A stretch of DNA of 64,000 nucleotides. Source: Arachnia sp. GTDB lineage: Bacteria > Actinomycetota > Actinomycetes > Propionibacteriales > Propionibacteriaceae. Both the position numbers and the translations under genes were made by a program. The stretch covers positions 42,269 through 106,268 of the forward strand of contig JBQCZU010000004.1 in NCBI GenBank assembly GCA_052089385.1, in the 5' to 3' direction. The notes under the pieces were generated by a model. That model did no database searches. It had not been told where the DNA came from and saw only the letters and a program-made list of their open reading frames with translations. Position 1 is the stretch's first letter. Every line of letters begins with the position of its first letter. Shown here piece after piece: positions 28,964-38,297 of the stretch.

Positions 28964-30766
28964 TCATCGTCGCACGGGCTCTCCGCCGCTTCGGCGCATT
29001 GATCCCTGATCCTGGAGCGTGGGTGCCGTCAAACTGAGTAAGTGCGCGCGATCCGTCGGTTCGTGCAATTGGGTGGCGATGACGGCCAGTTGTTTGCTGC
29101 TCTGGGCGACGGTATCGAGTTGATCGTGTTCTGCAGATGCCCGTTGCGCCAGCAGCGGGGACGTGGGGTGGGCAGCAGCGAGGGAGTTGTTGACCACCCA
29201 GGACCAGGGGTGGATTCCTGCCCGTTCAAGATCTGCCTGGAGGCCCTGGGCTTCGAGGATCGGGGTGGTTTCGGGCAGGGTGACGATGATCACCTTCGTG
29301 TAGTCAGGGTCCTGCAGCCGCATCAGTGGGGTGATGAATGCTGCTCCGTTGTCCATGTGACGGGCGATGTCGCGGTGGTAGGAGCCGGTTGCGTCCATCA
29401 GCAACAAGGTGTGCCCGGTGGGTGCGGTGTCCATGATGACGAAACGACGACGCGCCTGTCGGACCGCGTCGGAGAACTGCTGGAACACCGCGATCTCCTC
29501 CGTGCAGGGGCTCATCAGATCTTCCGCGAGTGCCTCCCTGCCGGCCGCGTCAAGGGTCTTGCCCTTGGTGGCCATCACATTGTCTCTGTACTGCTGCGTG
29601 GCGATCTGGGGGTTGATGGAGGCGACTTCGAGCGTGTCGATCCCCTCCGCCAGAGCATGCGAGACGTGGGCCGCCGGGTCCGTGGTGGTGAGCAGGACGT
29701 CATGGCCGCGCGTCGCGAGGGCCACGGCAATGGCGGAGGCGACGGTGGTCTTGCCGACACCGCCCTTGCCCATGGTCATCACCAGACCTCGTCCGGAGGC
29801 CTCGATCTGGCGGATCTGGTCGTCGAGCCCCGGCAGTTCCATGGCGGAGGCGATACCTCCCATGACGTACTCGGACTGGGTGTCTACGGGTGACAGGAGT
29901 GATCGCAGCGCGGGAAGTCCCACCATATTCATCGCCTTGAGGGGGATGGAGTCCCGCACAAGTCCGGCGATGGAGTCGGGCATGGTGGTGAGGGCGGCCT
30001 GCTCCCGGGCATGGATGGCGTCTGCCAGAGCGCCGTCTTCTGTCTCGGGCAGAACACCGTTGACCACCAAATGAGTGGCATGGATGTCAGTCTCGGCCAG
30101 TTCGGCGTGTGTGCGTCCCAGTTCGTCAAGGGTGGTTTCCTGTGCCCGGGCAACGAGGATCAGTCGCGTGCGGGCGGGGTCCTTGAGCGCCTCGAGGGCA
30201 CCGCGGTAGGTGGAGCGCTGCTTGTCGAGGCCGGACAAGGGGCCGAGGCAGGACGCGTCCCCCTTGCCGGCGTCAAGAAAGTTGGTCCACTCCCCGGGCA
30301 ACTGAAGAAGGCGGATGGTGTGACCGGTGGGGGCCGTGTCGAAGATCACATGGTCATAGGTCTGCGTCATCGAAGGATCACTGAGGAGGTCTGTGAATTC
30401 GTTGAAGCTCGCGATCTCCGTGGTGCAGGACCCGGAGAGCTGCTCGGTGATGGCGGCCAGATCCTTGGCGGGCAGGATGTTGAGCACAGGCGCGAGAATG
30501 CGGTCCCGATAGGCCTGGGCGGCCTCTTCTGGATCAATTTCCAATGCGTCCAGCCCGGGGACGGAGGCAATGGGGGTGACGGTGTTGCCGATGCTGGTGT
30601 CGAATACCTGACCGACGTTGGAAGCCGGATCGGTGCTGACCAGCAGCACGCGCTTCCCGCGTTCGGCCAGTTCAACGGCGGTCGCGCAGGCCACCGAAGT
30701 CTTGCCCACACCTCCCTTGCCGGTGAAGAAGAAGAACGGCGTCGGATCGTCCAGGAACTGGATCAT
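28964..30766 (-). CDS. arsA: Arsenite-stimulated ATPase ArsA (two homologous halves)
   Basis: Two GKGGVGKT P-loops. Metalloid-site Cys contexts are SGSCTTEIASFNEF, DASCLGP and SPCTEEIAVFQQF. DTAPTGH appears twice. Confidence 0.95.
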   Translation of the reverse strand: MIQFLDDPTPFFFFTGKGGVGKTSVACATAVELAERGKRVLLVSTDPASNVGQVFDTSIGNTVTPIASVPGLDALEIDPEEAAQAYRDRILAPVLNILPAKDLAAITEQLSGSCTTEIASFNEFTDLLSDPSMTQTYDHVIFDTAPTGHTIRLLQLPGEWTNFLDAGKGDASCLGPLSGLDKQRSTYRGALEALKDPARTRLILVARAQETTLDELGRTHAELAETDIHATHLVVNGVLPETEDGALADAIHAREQAALTTMPDSIAGLVRDSIPLKAMNMVGLPALRSLLSPVDTQSEYVMGGIASAMELPGLDDQIRQIEASGRGLVMTMGKGGVGKTTVASAIAVALATRGHDVLLTTTDPAAHVSHALAEGIDTLEVASINPQIATQQYRDNVMATKGKTLDAAGREALAEDLMSPCTEEIAVFQQFSDAVRQARRRFVIMDTAPTGHTLLLMDATGSYHRDIARHMDNGAAFITPLMRLQDPDYTKVIIVTLPETTPILEAQGLQADLERAGIHPWSWVVNNSLAAAHPTSPLLAQRASAEHDQLDTVAQSSKQLAVIATQLHEPTDRAHLLSLTAPTLQDQGSMRRSGGEPVRR

Positions 30767-31149
30767 GCCTGGTCCCCGCAACCGCCTGAATTCCCTCCAC
30801 AGCAGCCGCCGGATGTTTCTGCCACATCAGGCTGGGTGACCTCGAGGGTCAGGCCGGCAAAGCGGACCAACTCTGCGCGGGTGGGGTACCTGCCGGTCAT
30901 GACGGTGACGTCATCCACCAGCACGAGCGGGAGGCTCTCGGAGCCAGCGGTGTTGAGGAAGGCAACCACCCCGGGGTTCTCGGCGAAGGCCATCGGATCC
31001 GATGCCAGGTTGAACCGTGCGATGTCAGCGCCCGTGCTTGACAGGTGATTCAGGTCGGCGGTGAAGGTGACGAGGTTCTGGTCGAGGTCAGGGCCACATA
31101 CTCCGGTGTTGCAGCACAGTGGTTGCTCGAAGACGCGGATCGAAGGCAT
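30763..31149 (-). CDS. arsD: ArsD arsenic metallochaperone / repressor
   Basis: MPSIRVFEQPLCCNTGVCGPD carries the Cys12-Cys13-Cys18 motif. The C-terminal tail is Cys-rich. GAGGAG RBS. ATGA coupling to arsA. Confidence 0.9.
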   Translation of the reverse strand: MPSIRVFEQPLCCNTGVCGPDLDQNLVTFTADLNHLSSTGADIARFNLASDPMAFAENPGVVAFLNTAGSESLPLVLVDDVTVMTGRYPTRAELVRFAGLTLEVTQPDVAETSGGCCGGNSGGCGDQA

Positions 31150-31197
31150 GGAAGAACTCCTCATATAGATGACTGTCAATACATGACTGTAGCACCA

Positions 31198-31215
31198 TAT
31201 CGATCAACATCAATG
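31198..31215. promoter_or_regulatory. ArsR operator candidate in the arsD/arsR divergent region
   Basis: TATCGATCAACATCAATG shares 14 of 18 positions with the perfect palindrome upstream of arsB (44382-44399). The context is AT-rich. Confidence 0.4.
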
Positions 31216-31233
31216 TGGAGGTAGGATGGCCAG

Positions 31234-31587
31234 ATGATCGTTGATTCAGGGTTCGAGTGTGGAGCAGCTGCGGATACGTTGATGGATCCTGCCGAGGCGA
31301 AACAATTGGCCTCCGTGGCAAAGGCGCTCAGTGATCCAGTCCGCTTCCGGGTCTACGCCCATATTGCGTCCTCGGCAGACAGCACTGTGTGTGCGTGTCA
31401 CCTTCTCGGTCAGTTGGGGATCTCGCAGCCCACCTTGTCCCACCACCTGAAGAAGCTGGTGGAAATTGGTCTGGTGGGACGGGAATACCGAGGCAAGTGG
31501 GCGCACTACAGTCCGCGCCCAGAAGCCGTGGGTGCACTGAACCAGTTCCTCCAACAGGTCAGCACCGTGCCGGCTGTGCCCCACTGA
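31234..31587 (+). CDS. arsR: ArsR/SmtB-family metalloregulator
   Basis: Winged HTH with a CxC in helix alpha-3 (TVCACHLLGQLGISQPTLSHHLKKLVEIGLV). Divergent from arsDAC. An alternative start is near 31282. Confidence 0.9.
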   Translation: MIVDSGFECGAAADTLMDPAEAKQLASVAKALSDPVRFRVYAHIASSADSTVCACHLLGQLGISQPTLSHHLKKLVEIGLVGREYRGKWAHYSPRPEAVGALNQFLQQVSTVPAVPH

Positions 31588-32014
31588 CGCACCGGGAAAG
31601 ATCATTGGTGGGGCTCGCCGTTTCCGCACCGGCTGAGGTTTCGTGGAAATCGGTGGATTGAAGGGACGCCGTCTGTTCGGCGATCGCGGATATTGCTGCG
31701 AATTGACAACAAACAGGGACAGTTTTCGGGAATACGCGTTCGCTGTGAGAGAAGTCGACGCTTGGAACCCTCATAGGGGTCCACCGTCTGAGACGCCGGG
31801 ATTCGGCATCGATGGAAAGTGACATAGCGTCCACACCATGGAAATCCACCGCGATGGGCGCCTCGTGAGCCGAGCTCACGTCGACTTCGCGCGTGTTGCG
31901 TCTGCCCTGTGTATGGGTATCTGACGCCCGTCCTCCTCACGACCGCCGGGCACCTTGTGGGCCCGGCTCTGTTCTGGTTCCGGTGCCCCAACACGTCCAC
32001 CGCCAGAAGGAACC

Positions 32015-33709
32015 ATGACCACCACACCCTCTCGTGTCCGTCCATCCGCGTCCGGAAAGTCCAACGGCCAGTGGCTCGTCGACGGCACCGCGCCGCTCAA
32101 TCCCAACGAGGAAGTCAAGAAGGTCGAAAACCCGCTCAACGTGCGCCAGCGCATCCTTGACATCTACTCCAAGGAGGGATTCGATTCCATCCCCGAAGAG
32201 GACGCCTTCGCACGCTTCCGCTGGCTCGGCCTCTACACCCAACGTCGCCAGGGGTTCGACGGCAGCCACACAGGCAAGATGAGCGATCAGGAACTCTCGG
32301 ACCGCTACTTCATGATGCGCATCCGCATCGACGGGGGAGCGCTCACCACGGAGCAACTGCGTGTTGTGGCCGGACTCTCCACGGAGTTCGCACGCGACAC
32401 CGCAGACATCTCCGATCGGCAGAACATCCAATTTCACTGGGTGCCAATCGAAGCGGTCCCCGAGATCTGGAGGCGTCTGGAGTCCGTGGGCCTGCAGACC
32501 ACGATGGCCTGCGGAGACACACCACGAGGCTTTCTGGGTTCGCCGGTGGCGGGGATTGCCGCCAACGAAATCATCGACCCCACACCAGTGATCCGCGAGA
32601 TCGTGGACCGCTACATCGGTGACGAGACCGTGGCGAACCTGCCCCGCAAGTTCAAGACCGCGATCACTGGACATCCCAGTCTCGACGTGGTGCATGAGAT
32701 CAATGACATCAGCCTCGTCGGAGTGCTCCATCCCGAACTCGGCCCCGGCTACGACCTCTGGGTCGGGGGGGCACTGTCCACAACCCCCCGCCTCGCCGAG
32801 CGGCTGGGAGCGTTCGTCCGGGAGGAGGATGCCGCAGAGGTCTGGTACGCGGTCATCCGAATCTTCCGCGACTACGGCTACCGGCGCATGCGCGCCAAGG
32901 CCCGCCTGAAGTTCCTGCTCGCCGAATGGGGGGCTGAGAAGTTCAGGGACGTTCTGGAGAATGAATACCTCGGCCGGGCACTGCCGGACGGCCCGGCGCC
33001 GGAGCCCGCCACAACTCCGGGCGACCATGTGGGCGTCCACGAACAGAAGGACGGCCGACGCTACGTCGGGCTCGCCCCCACCGTCGGTCGCGCCTCCGGC
33101 ACCCGGTTGACGGCGTTGGCTGACCTGGTGGAGGCTGCCGGCTCCGGCCGCATTCGCCTCACCCCACACCAGAAGATCGTTGTGCTCGACGTGAATCCTG
33201 ACGCGGTGGAAGACCTGCTGAGCGGCGCGGAGGCGCTGGGCTTCACAGGGCGTCCCTCGCCCTTTCGCCGCAACACCATGGCCTGCACCGGCATCGAGTA
33301 CTGCAAGCTGTCATTCGTCAACACCAAGGACACCGCGCGGGAGACCATCCTCGCGCTGGAAGAACGCCTTGCCGGGGTGGAGATCGACACTCCCATCACA
33401 CTCAATGTCAACGGCTGCCCCAACTCGTGCGCCCGAATCCAGGTGGCCGACATCGGTCTCAAGGGGCAACTCGCCAAGGGTCCGGACGGGACCAGCGAGT
33501 TCGCCTACCAAGTGCACCTTGGCGGCGGCCTGGCCTCGAGCGATCGGGAGGAGCCCGGGCTGGGCCGCACGGTGCGCGGACTCAAGGTGACCGCCACCGA
33601 CCTGCCCGACTACGTCGAGCGGGTGGTGCGGACGTTCCTGGCCCAGCGCGTCAACGGTGAATCGTTCTCCACCTGGGTGAAGCGCTCCGATGAGGAGGTG
33701 CTGAAGTGA
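32015..33709 (+). CDS. sirA: Ferredoxin-dependent sulfite reductase (NirA/SirA type, siroheme-[4Fe-4S])
   Basis: Cluster/siroheme Cys motifs CTGIEYCKLS and NGCPNSCAR. Size is ~565 aa. The ATG at 32015 follows AGAAGGA. cysH follows. Confidence 0.9.
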   Translation: MTTTPSRVRPSASGKSNGQWLVDGTAPLNPNEEVKKVENPLNVRQRILDIYSKEGFDSIPEEDAFARFRWLGLYTQRRQGFDGSHTGKMSDQELSDRYFMMRIRIDGGALTTEQLRVVAGLSTEFARDTADISDRQNIQFHWVPIEAVPEIWRRLESVGLQTTMACGDTPRGFLGSPVAGIAANEIIDPTPVIREIVDRYIGDETVANLPRKFKTAITGHPSLDVVHEINDISLVGVLHPELGPGYDLWVGGALSTTPRLAERLGAFVREEDAAEVWYAVIRIFRDYGYRRMRAKARLKFLLAEWGAEKFRDVLENEYLGRALPDGPAPEPATTPGDHVGVHEQKDGRRYVGLAPTVGRASGTRLTALADLVEAAGSGRIRLTPHQKIVVLDVNPDAVEDLLSGAEALGFTGRPSPFRRNTMACTGIEYCKLSFVNTKDTARETILALEERLAGVEIDTPITLNVNGCPNSCARIQVADIGLKGQLAKGPDGTSEFAYQVHLGGGLASSDREEPGLGRTVRGLKVTATDLPDYVERVVRTFLAQRVNGESFSTWVKRSDEEVLK

Positions 33710-35379
33710 GCACCATCGCACCTCCGGCGCATGGCCCGGGTCGTGTGCGATCCGCCCCCGATCTCAAAGCACTGGCCGATGATGCGGCGGTTCGATTCGC
33801 CGATGCTGGCGCCGACGAGGTGTTGGCCTGGGCCGCCGAGACGTTCGGCCGCAACGTCGTTGTTGCTTGCTCCATGGCCGCCGACACCGTGGTGCCGCAT
33901 CTGGCGGCGCGGCACATCCCGGGCGTGGACGTGTTGTTCCTCCAGACCGGCTACCACTTCGCCGAAACCATCGGTACCCGCGACGCTCTGGCCCACGCGG
34001 TGGACGTGCGGATCGTGGAGGCACTGCCGCGGCTCACCGTCGCCGAACAGGACGCCGAGTATGGACCGCAACTGCACGATCGCGACCCGCAGGCCTGCTG
34101 CGCCATGCGCAAGGTGGAGCCCATCAACAGGGAACTTGGCAGCTATGAGGCGTGGGTCACGGGCGTACGCCGTGAGGACAACTCCCTACGCATGAACACG
34201 CCTGTGGTCGAGTGGGACGCGGCGCACCAGATGGTCAAGATCAACCCCGTCGCTGCCTGGAGCAGCGACGAGGTGATGGCCTATGCCAGCCACCACGGCG
34301 TGCCGATAAACCTTCTACTCGATGAGGGCTACCCGTCGATCGGCTGCCAGCCGTGCACCCGTCCCGTCGCCCCCGGCGAGGACCCCCGCGCCGGTCGATG
34401 GGCCGGACACACCAAGACCGAATGCGGTCTCCACGTAGCCGAAGAACAGGACATGATCCCCGTGACCCCCACTGCCCTGCCCAGCAGGACACTCAGCCAT
34501 CTGGCTGCGCTGGAATCCGAGGCCATCCACATCTTCCGGGAAATGGTCTCCGAGCTCGAGCGCCCGGTGTTGCTCTTTTCCGGAGGCAAGGACTCCATCG
34601 TCATGCTGCATCTGGCGGCCAAAGCGTTCTGGCCCGCGCCGGTCCCGTTCCCCGTGCTGCACGTGGACACGGGCCACAACTTCCCGGAGGTGATCGCCCA
34701 TCGCGACGCCACCGTTGAGCGGCTTCGGTTGCGGCTCATCGTCGCAGGAGTGCAGGACTACATAGATGACGGACGTCTCCTGGAGCGGGCCGATGGCACC
34801 CGCAACCAGCTGCAGACCCAGCCCCTGCTCGACGCCATCACCCACGGCCGCTTCGACGCGGTGTTCGGAGGTGGTCGGCGCGACGAGGAAAAGGCTCGGG
34901 CGAAGGAGCGCATCGTCAGTCTGCGCGACGAATTCGGTGCGTGGGACCCCCGCAACCAGCGCCCTGAGTTGTGGAACCTCTACAACCCGCGGCACCGGCC
35001 CGGTGAGCACGTCCGCGTCTTCCCCCTGTCGAACTGGACCGAACTCGACGTGTGGCGCTACATCGGAGCCGAACAGATCGACCTTCCGGAGCTCTACTAC
35101 GCACATGAGCGGGACGTGTTCAACCGTGACGGCATGTGGTTGGCCGTCGGGGACGTCTCCCGCCCCAGGGACCATGAGCCGGTGGAAAAGCGCCTCGTGC
35201 GCTACCGCACTGTTGGGGACATGAGCTGCACGGGTGCGGTCGAATCCTCTGCCAGCACCATCGGCGATGTCATCGAAGAAGTGGCAGTGACCCGCATCAC
35301 GGAGCGCGGCGCCACGCGCGCCGACGACAGGGTCACTGAGGCCGCCATGGAGGACCGCAAGAAGGAAGGCTATTTCTGA
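33706..35379 (+). CDS. cysH/cysD: Single ORF encoding APS reductase (CysH, residues ~1-249) fused in frame to sulfate adenylyltransferase subunit 2 (CysD, ~250-557)
   Basis: The CysH part has FLQTGYHFAETIGTRD, CC...CxxC cluster ligands (ACCAMRKV, GCQPCT) and the C-terminal KTECGLH. Six codons later comes MIPVTP...LLFSGGKDS...HVDTGHNF (CysD), with no stop codon between them. Confidence 0.85.
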   Translation: MSTIAPPAHGPGRVRSAPDLKALADDAAVRFADAGADEVLAWAAETFGRNVVVACSMAADTVVPHLAARHIPGVDVLFLQTGYHFAETIGTRDALAHAVDVRIVEALPRLTVAEQDAEYGPQLHDRDPQACCAMRKVEPINRELGSYEAWVTGVRREDNSLRMNTPVVEWDAAHQMVKINPVAAWSSDEVMAYASHHGVPINLLLDEGYPSIGCQPCTRPVAPGEDPRAGRWAGHTKTECGLHVAEEQDMIPVTPTALPSRTLSHLAALESEAIHIFREMVSELERPVLLFSGGKDSIVMLHLAAKAFWPAPVPFPVLHVDTGHNFPEVIAHRDATVERLRLRLIVAGVQDYIDDGRLLERADGTRNQLQTQPLLDAITHGRFDAVFGGGRRDEEKARAKERIVSLRDEFGAWDPRNQRPELWNLYNPRHRPGEHVRVFPLSNWTELDVWRYIGAEQIDLPELYYAHERDVFNRDGMWLAVGDVSRPRDHEPVEKRLVRYRTVGDMSCTGAVESSASTIGDVIEEVAVTRITERGATRADDRVTEAAMEDRKKEGYF

Positions 35380-36689
35380 TGAGCACACTGCTTCGCATCG
35401 CCACCGCTGGAAGCGTTGATGACGGCAAGTCCACCCTCGTGGGACGCCTCCTGTTCGACTCCAAATCGGTACTCGCCGATCAACTTGAGGCTGTCGAGCG
35501 TGTCAGCCACGCCAAGGGGCTCGGTCAAGTGGACCTCGCATTGCTCACCGACGGGCTCCGCGCCGAACGTGAGCAGGGCATCACCATTGATGTTGCCTAC
35601 CGGTACTTCGCCACGGCCCGACGCACATTCATCCTCGCCGACTGCCCCGGCCACGTGCAGTACACCCGCAACACGGTCACAGGATCCTCCACGGCGGACG
35701 TGCTGGTTCTGCTGGTGGATGCCCGCAAGGGTGCGCTGGAGCAGACCCGCCGTCACCTGGCCGTGGGACAGCTGCTCCGCGTTCCCAACATCGTCGTCGC
35801 GGTGAACAAGATCGACCTCGTGGGGTACTCGCAGACACGCTACGACCAGGTCGCCTCACAGCTGGCCGCCATCGCCGAGGAACTGGGCGCCTCTGTTACC
35901 GTCCTGCCAGTCTCGGCGCTCGCCGGCGACAACATTGTGGAGCGCTCCACCAGGATGGACTGGTACGACGGTCCGCCGCTGCTGGAGTTGCTCGAGAACC
36001 TGCCCCAGCACCCGGTGGCCGATGCTGACTTCCGCTTCCCCGTCCAGCTGACGATCCGGCCACAGGAAGCGGCCATGGACCCGGCGCACGTCGAATACCG
36101 CGGCCATGCTGGCCAAGTGGCCTCCGGGGTGGTGCGCGTCGGGGATCCCGTCGTTGTGCTGCCATCCGGACGTCAGACGACGGTGGCGGGCATTGACACC
36201 GCTGACGGGGAACTTGACGAGGCGTTTGCGCCGCAGTCCGTGACCCTGCGGCTGGCCGACGAGATCGACGTCACGCGCGGTGAACTCATCGCCGGTGCGG
36301 ATCGTGCACCCGTCCCGACGCAGGACCTCGACGGCATGGTGGCATGGCTGTCGGAAAAACCGCTGAGGGTGGGTCAGAAAGTCCTCGTCAAGCACACCAC
36401 CCGCACCACCCAGGCAGTGGTGCGAGACATTGACGGACGTCTCGACCTTGACACGCTGCGCCCGCAGGTGGTGGAGACACTTGAACTCAACGACCTGGGG
36501 CGGGTCCGGCTGCGTCTCGCCAGCCCCATCATGTCCGAGCCCTACTCAACATCCCGGCACACCGGCTCCTTCCTGCTCATCGATCCCCAATCCGGGGCAA
36601 ACCTGGCTGCCGGCATGATCCGGGGGGACCAGGCGTTCTCCGACGCTGCTGCGGTGCCGGTTCCAGACATCCCCGACTGGTCCATCTGA
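35379..36689 (+). CDS. cysN: Sulfate adenylyltransferase subunit 1 (CysN GTPase), no APS-kinase domain
   Basis: GSVDDGKSTLVGRLL (G1), DCPGHVQY (G3) and NKID (G4). At 436 aa there is no fused CysC. Confidence 0.95.
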   Translation: MSTLLRIATAGSVDDGKSTLVGRLLFDSKSVLADQLEAVERVSHAKGLGQVDLALLTDGLRAEREQGITIDVAYRYFATARRTFILADCPGHVQYTRNTVTGSSTADVLVLLVDARKGALEQTRRHLAVGQLLRVPNIVVAVNKIDLVGYSQTRYDQVASQLAAIAEELGASVTVLPVSALAGDNIVERSTRMDWYDGPPLLELLENLPQHPVADADFRFPVQLTIRPQEAAMDPAHVEYRGHAGQVASGVVRVGDPVVVLPSGRQTTVAGIDTADGELDEAFAPQSVTLRLADEIDVTRGELIAGADRAPVPTQDLDGMVAWLSEKPLRVGQKVLVKHTTRTTQAVVRDIDGRLDLDTLRPQVVETLELNDLGRVRLRLASPIMSEPYSTSRHTGSFLLIDPQSGANLAAGMIRGDQAFSDAAAVPVPDIPDWSI

Positions 36690-36696
36690 GGTCGCC

Positions 36697-37599
36697 ATGA
36701 AAAAACTTATTCTCATCGGCATCGTCGGACTGTTGGCACAGCTCGTGGACGGCGCGCTCGGCATGGGATACGGCGTGACGTCGAGTTCCCTGCTGCTGTT
36801 CGTTGGTCTGACCCCGGCGCTTGCCAGCGCATCCGTGCACCTGGCAGAAGTGGGCACCAACATGGTGTCGGGGGTGTCCCACTGGAAGCTCGGCAACGTC
36901 GACTGGCGGCTTGTCCTCCGGCTCGGTGTCCCCGGCGCGGTCGGTGCTTTCGGTGGTGCAACGTTCTTGTCCAACCTTTCCACCGCATGGGCCTCTCCTC
37001 TCATGGCCACGATCCTCGCCGCGCTGGGGGCCTACATTCTGCTGCGTTTCGCATTCCGCCCGCCCCGCGTTGCCACGGCACGACGCACCCCGCACACCTC
37101 TGTTTTTCTGGTGCCGCTCGGGCTGGTGGGAGGGTTCGTTGACGCCACCGGCGGTGGCGGGTGGGGACCGGTGTCCACCACGTCGTTGCTCAGTGCGGGC
37201 AGGACTGCTCCCCGTACCGTCATCGGATCCGTGGACACCTCCGAGTTCCTCGTGTCGCTGGCGGCCTCCATTGGCTTCCTCGCCGCACTGGGTACCTCTG
37301 GGATCCAGTTCAGCATCGTCGGGGTCCTCCTTCTTGGCGGAGTCATCGCAGCCCCCGTGGCGGCGTGGTTGGTCAGCAGGCTGCCCGCCCGCGTACTGGG
37401 CACAGCAGTCGGCGGCCTCATCGTCCTCACCAACCTCCACACCATCCTCGACGTCATCGGCGCCGGCTCCCCACTCCAACAGCTTCTGTTCGTGGGCGTG
37501 GCACTGGTGTGGGTGGCGCTCGTGGCCCACGCCGTGAGGGCCAACCGCAGCCAACCGGCCGAGGTCGAGACCTTCCACACAGAGACGGAGCTGGTATGA
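36697..37599 (+). CDS. TSUP (TauE/SafE) family anion permease, probable sulfate/sulfite transporter
   Basis: Eight-TM profile. Contains DATGGGGWGPV, the internal repeat typical of TSUP. Its position matches cysZ in the corynebacterial cys operon. Confidence 0.8.
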   Translation: MKKLILIGIVGLLAQLVDGALGMGYGVTSSSLLLFVGLTPALASASVHLAEVGTNMVSGVSHWKLGNVDWRLVLRLGVPGAVGAFGGATFLSNLSTAWASPLMATILAALGAYILLRFAFRPPRVATARRTPHTSVFLVPLGLVGGFVDATGGGGWGPVSTTSLLSAGRTAPRTVIGSVDTSEFLVSLAASIGFLAALGTSGIQFSIVGVLLLGGVIAAPVAAWLVSRLPARVLGTAVGGLIVLTNLHTILDVIGAGSPLQQLLFVGVALVWVALVAHAVRANRSQPAEVETFHTETELV

Positions 37600-38297
37600 G
37601 CACCCTTGTCATCGCCCTCCATGGCACTCGCCGGCAGAGCGGCGTGGTCTTTGCTGAGCGACTGCGGGCCGCCGTCTCCATCGAGCTTCCGGGTGTGGAT
37701 GTCCAACTGGGCTTCGTGGACATTCACGACGAGTTGCTGGCCGCCACGGTCCAGCGGTTCGATTCGAGCGTCATCGTCCCCACCTTTCTGGCCGCCGGCT
37801 ACCACGTGGCTCACGATGTGGCTGAGGCGGTGCGGTTCTCGGACGGCCGCGCCGTGGCGACTGACCATGTGGGACCTGACCTCGTGGATGCCATGCATGA
37901 TCGGCTTCTTGAGCTCGGCACCCCGGGCGACGCCGTCATCCTCGCGGCGATCGGCTCCAAGCGAAAGGGGGCCACCGCGGAGGTGCACGCCACCGCCTGC
38001 CGCCTTTCGACACTCCTTGACCGGCCAGTCCACGCCGGCTTCATCTTTGCGTCAGAGCCCACGCTTCAACAGGCGGTCGACAGCATGCGCGCTCTGGGTC
38101 ACTCGAGGCTCACCGTCGCAACCCATGCACTGCTGCCCGGCCTGTACCAGCGCCACATCGCGGCCCTGGGTCTGCCTGCCTCTGAACCCATCGGGATTCA
38201 TCCCCACCTCGTCGCTGCCATCATCACCCGCTACCTGGCCGCCAGCCGGATCCCGGTGGGCGCAACCAGTACTGCATCAGGATCGGAACCGCTATGA
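37596..38297 (+). CDS. sirB: Sirohydrochlorin ferrochelatase (CbiX/SirB-type, two-lobed)
   Basis: ATGA overlap with the upstream gene. LVIALHGTRR in lobe 1 and AVILAAIGSKR in lobe 2. FLAAGYHVAHDV. Size is 233 aa. Confidence 0.75.
   Translation: MSTLVIALHGTRRQSGVVFAERLRAAVSIELPGVDVQLGFVDIHDELLAATVQRFDSSVIVPTFLAAGYHVAHDVAEAVRFSDGRAVATDHVGPDLVDAMHDRLLELGTPGDAVILAAIGSKRKGATAEVHATACRLSTLLDRPVHAGFIFASEPTLQQAVDSMRALGHSRLTVATHALLPGLYQRHIAALGLPASEPIGIHPHLVAAIITRYLAASRIPVGATSTASGSEPL

Noticed and set aside
31588-32014. SAM-IV or other sulfur/SAM riboswitch upstream of sirA.
   Set aside because: I could not find the conserved SAM-I/IV core strings. The only resemblance was a GGTGCCCC fragment near 31982.
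35225-35260. tRNA-like T-arm string GGTCGAATCC.
   Set aside because: It lies inside the cysD reading frame, with no acceptor or anticodon arms around it. I saw no tRNA-like cloverleaf anywhere in the window.
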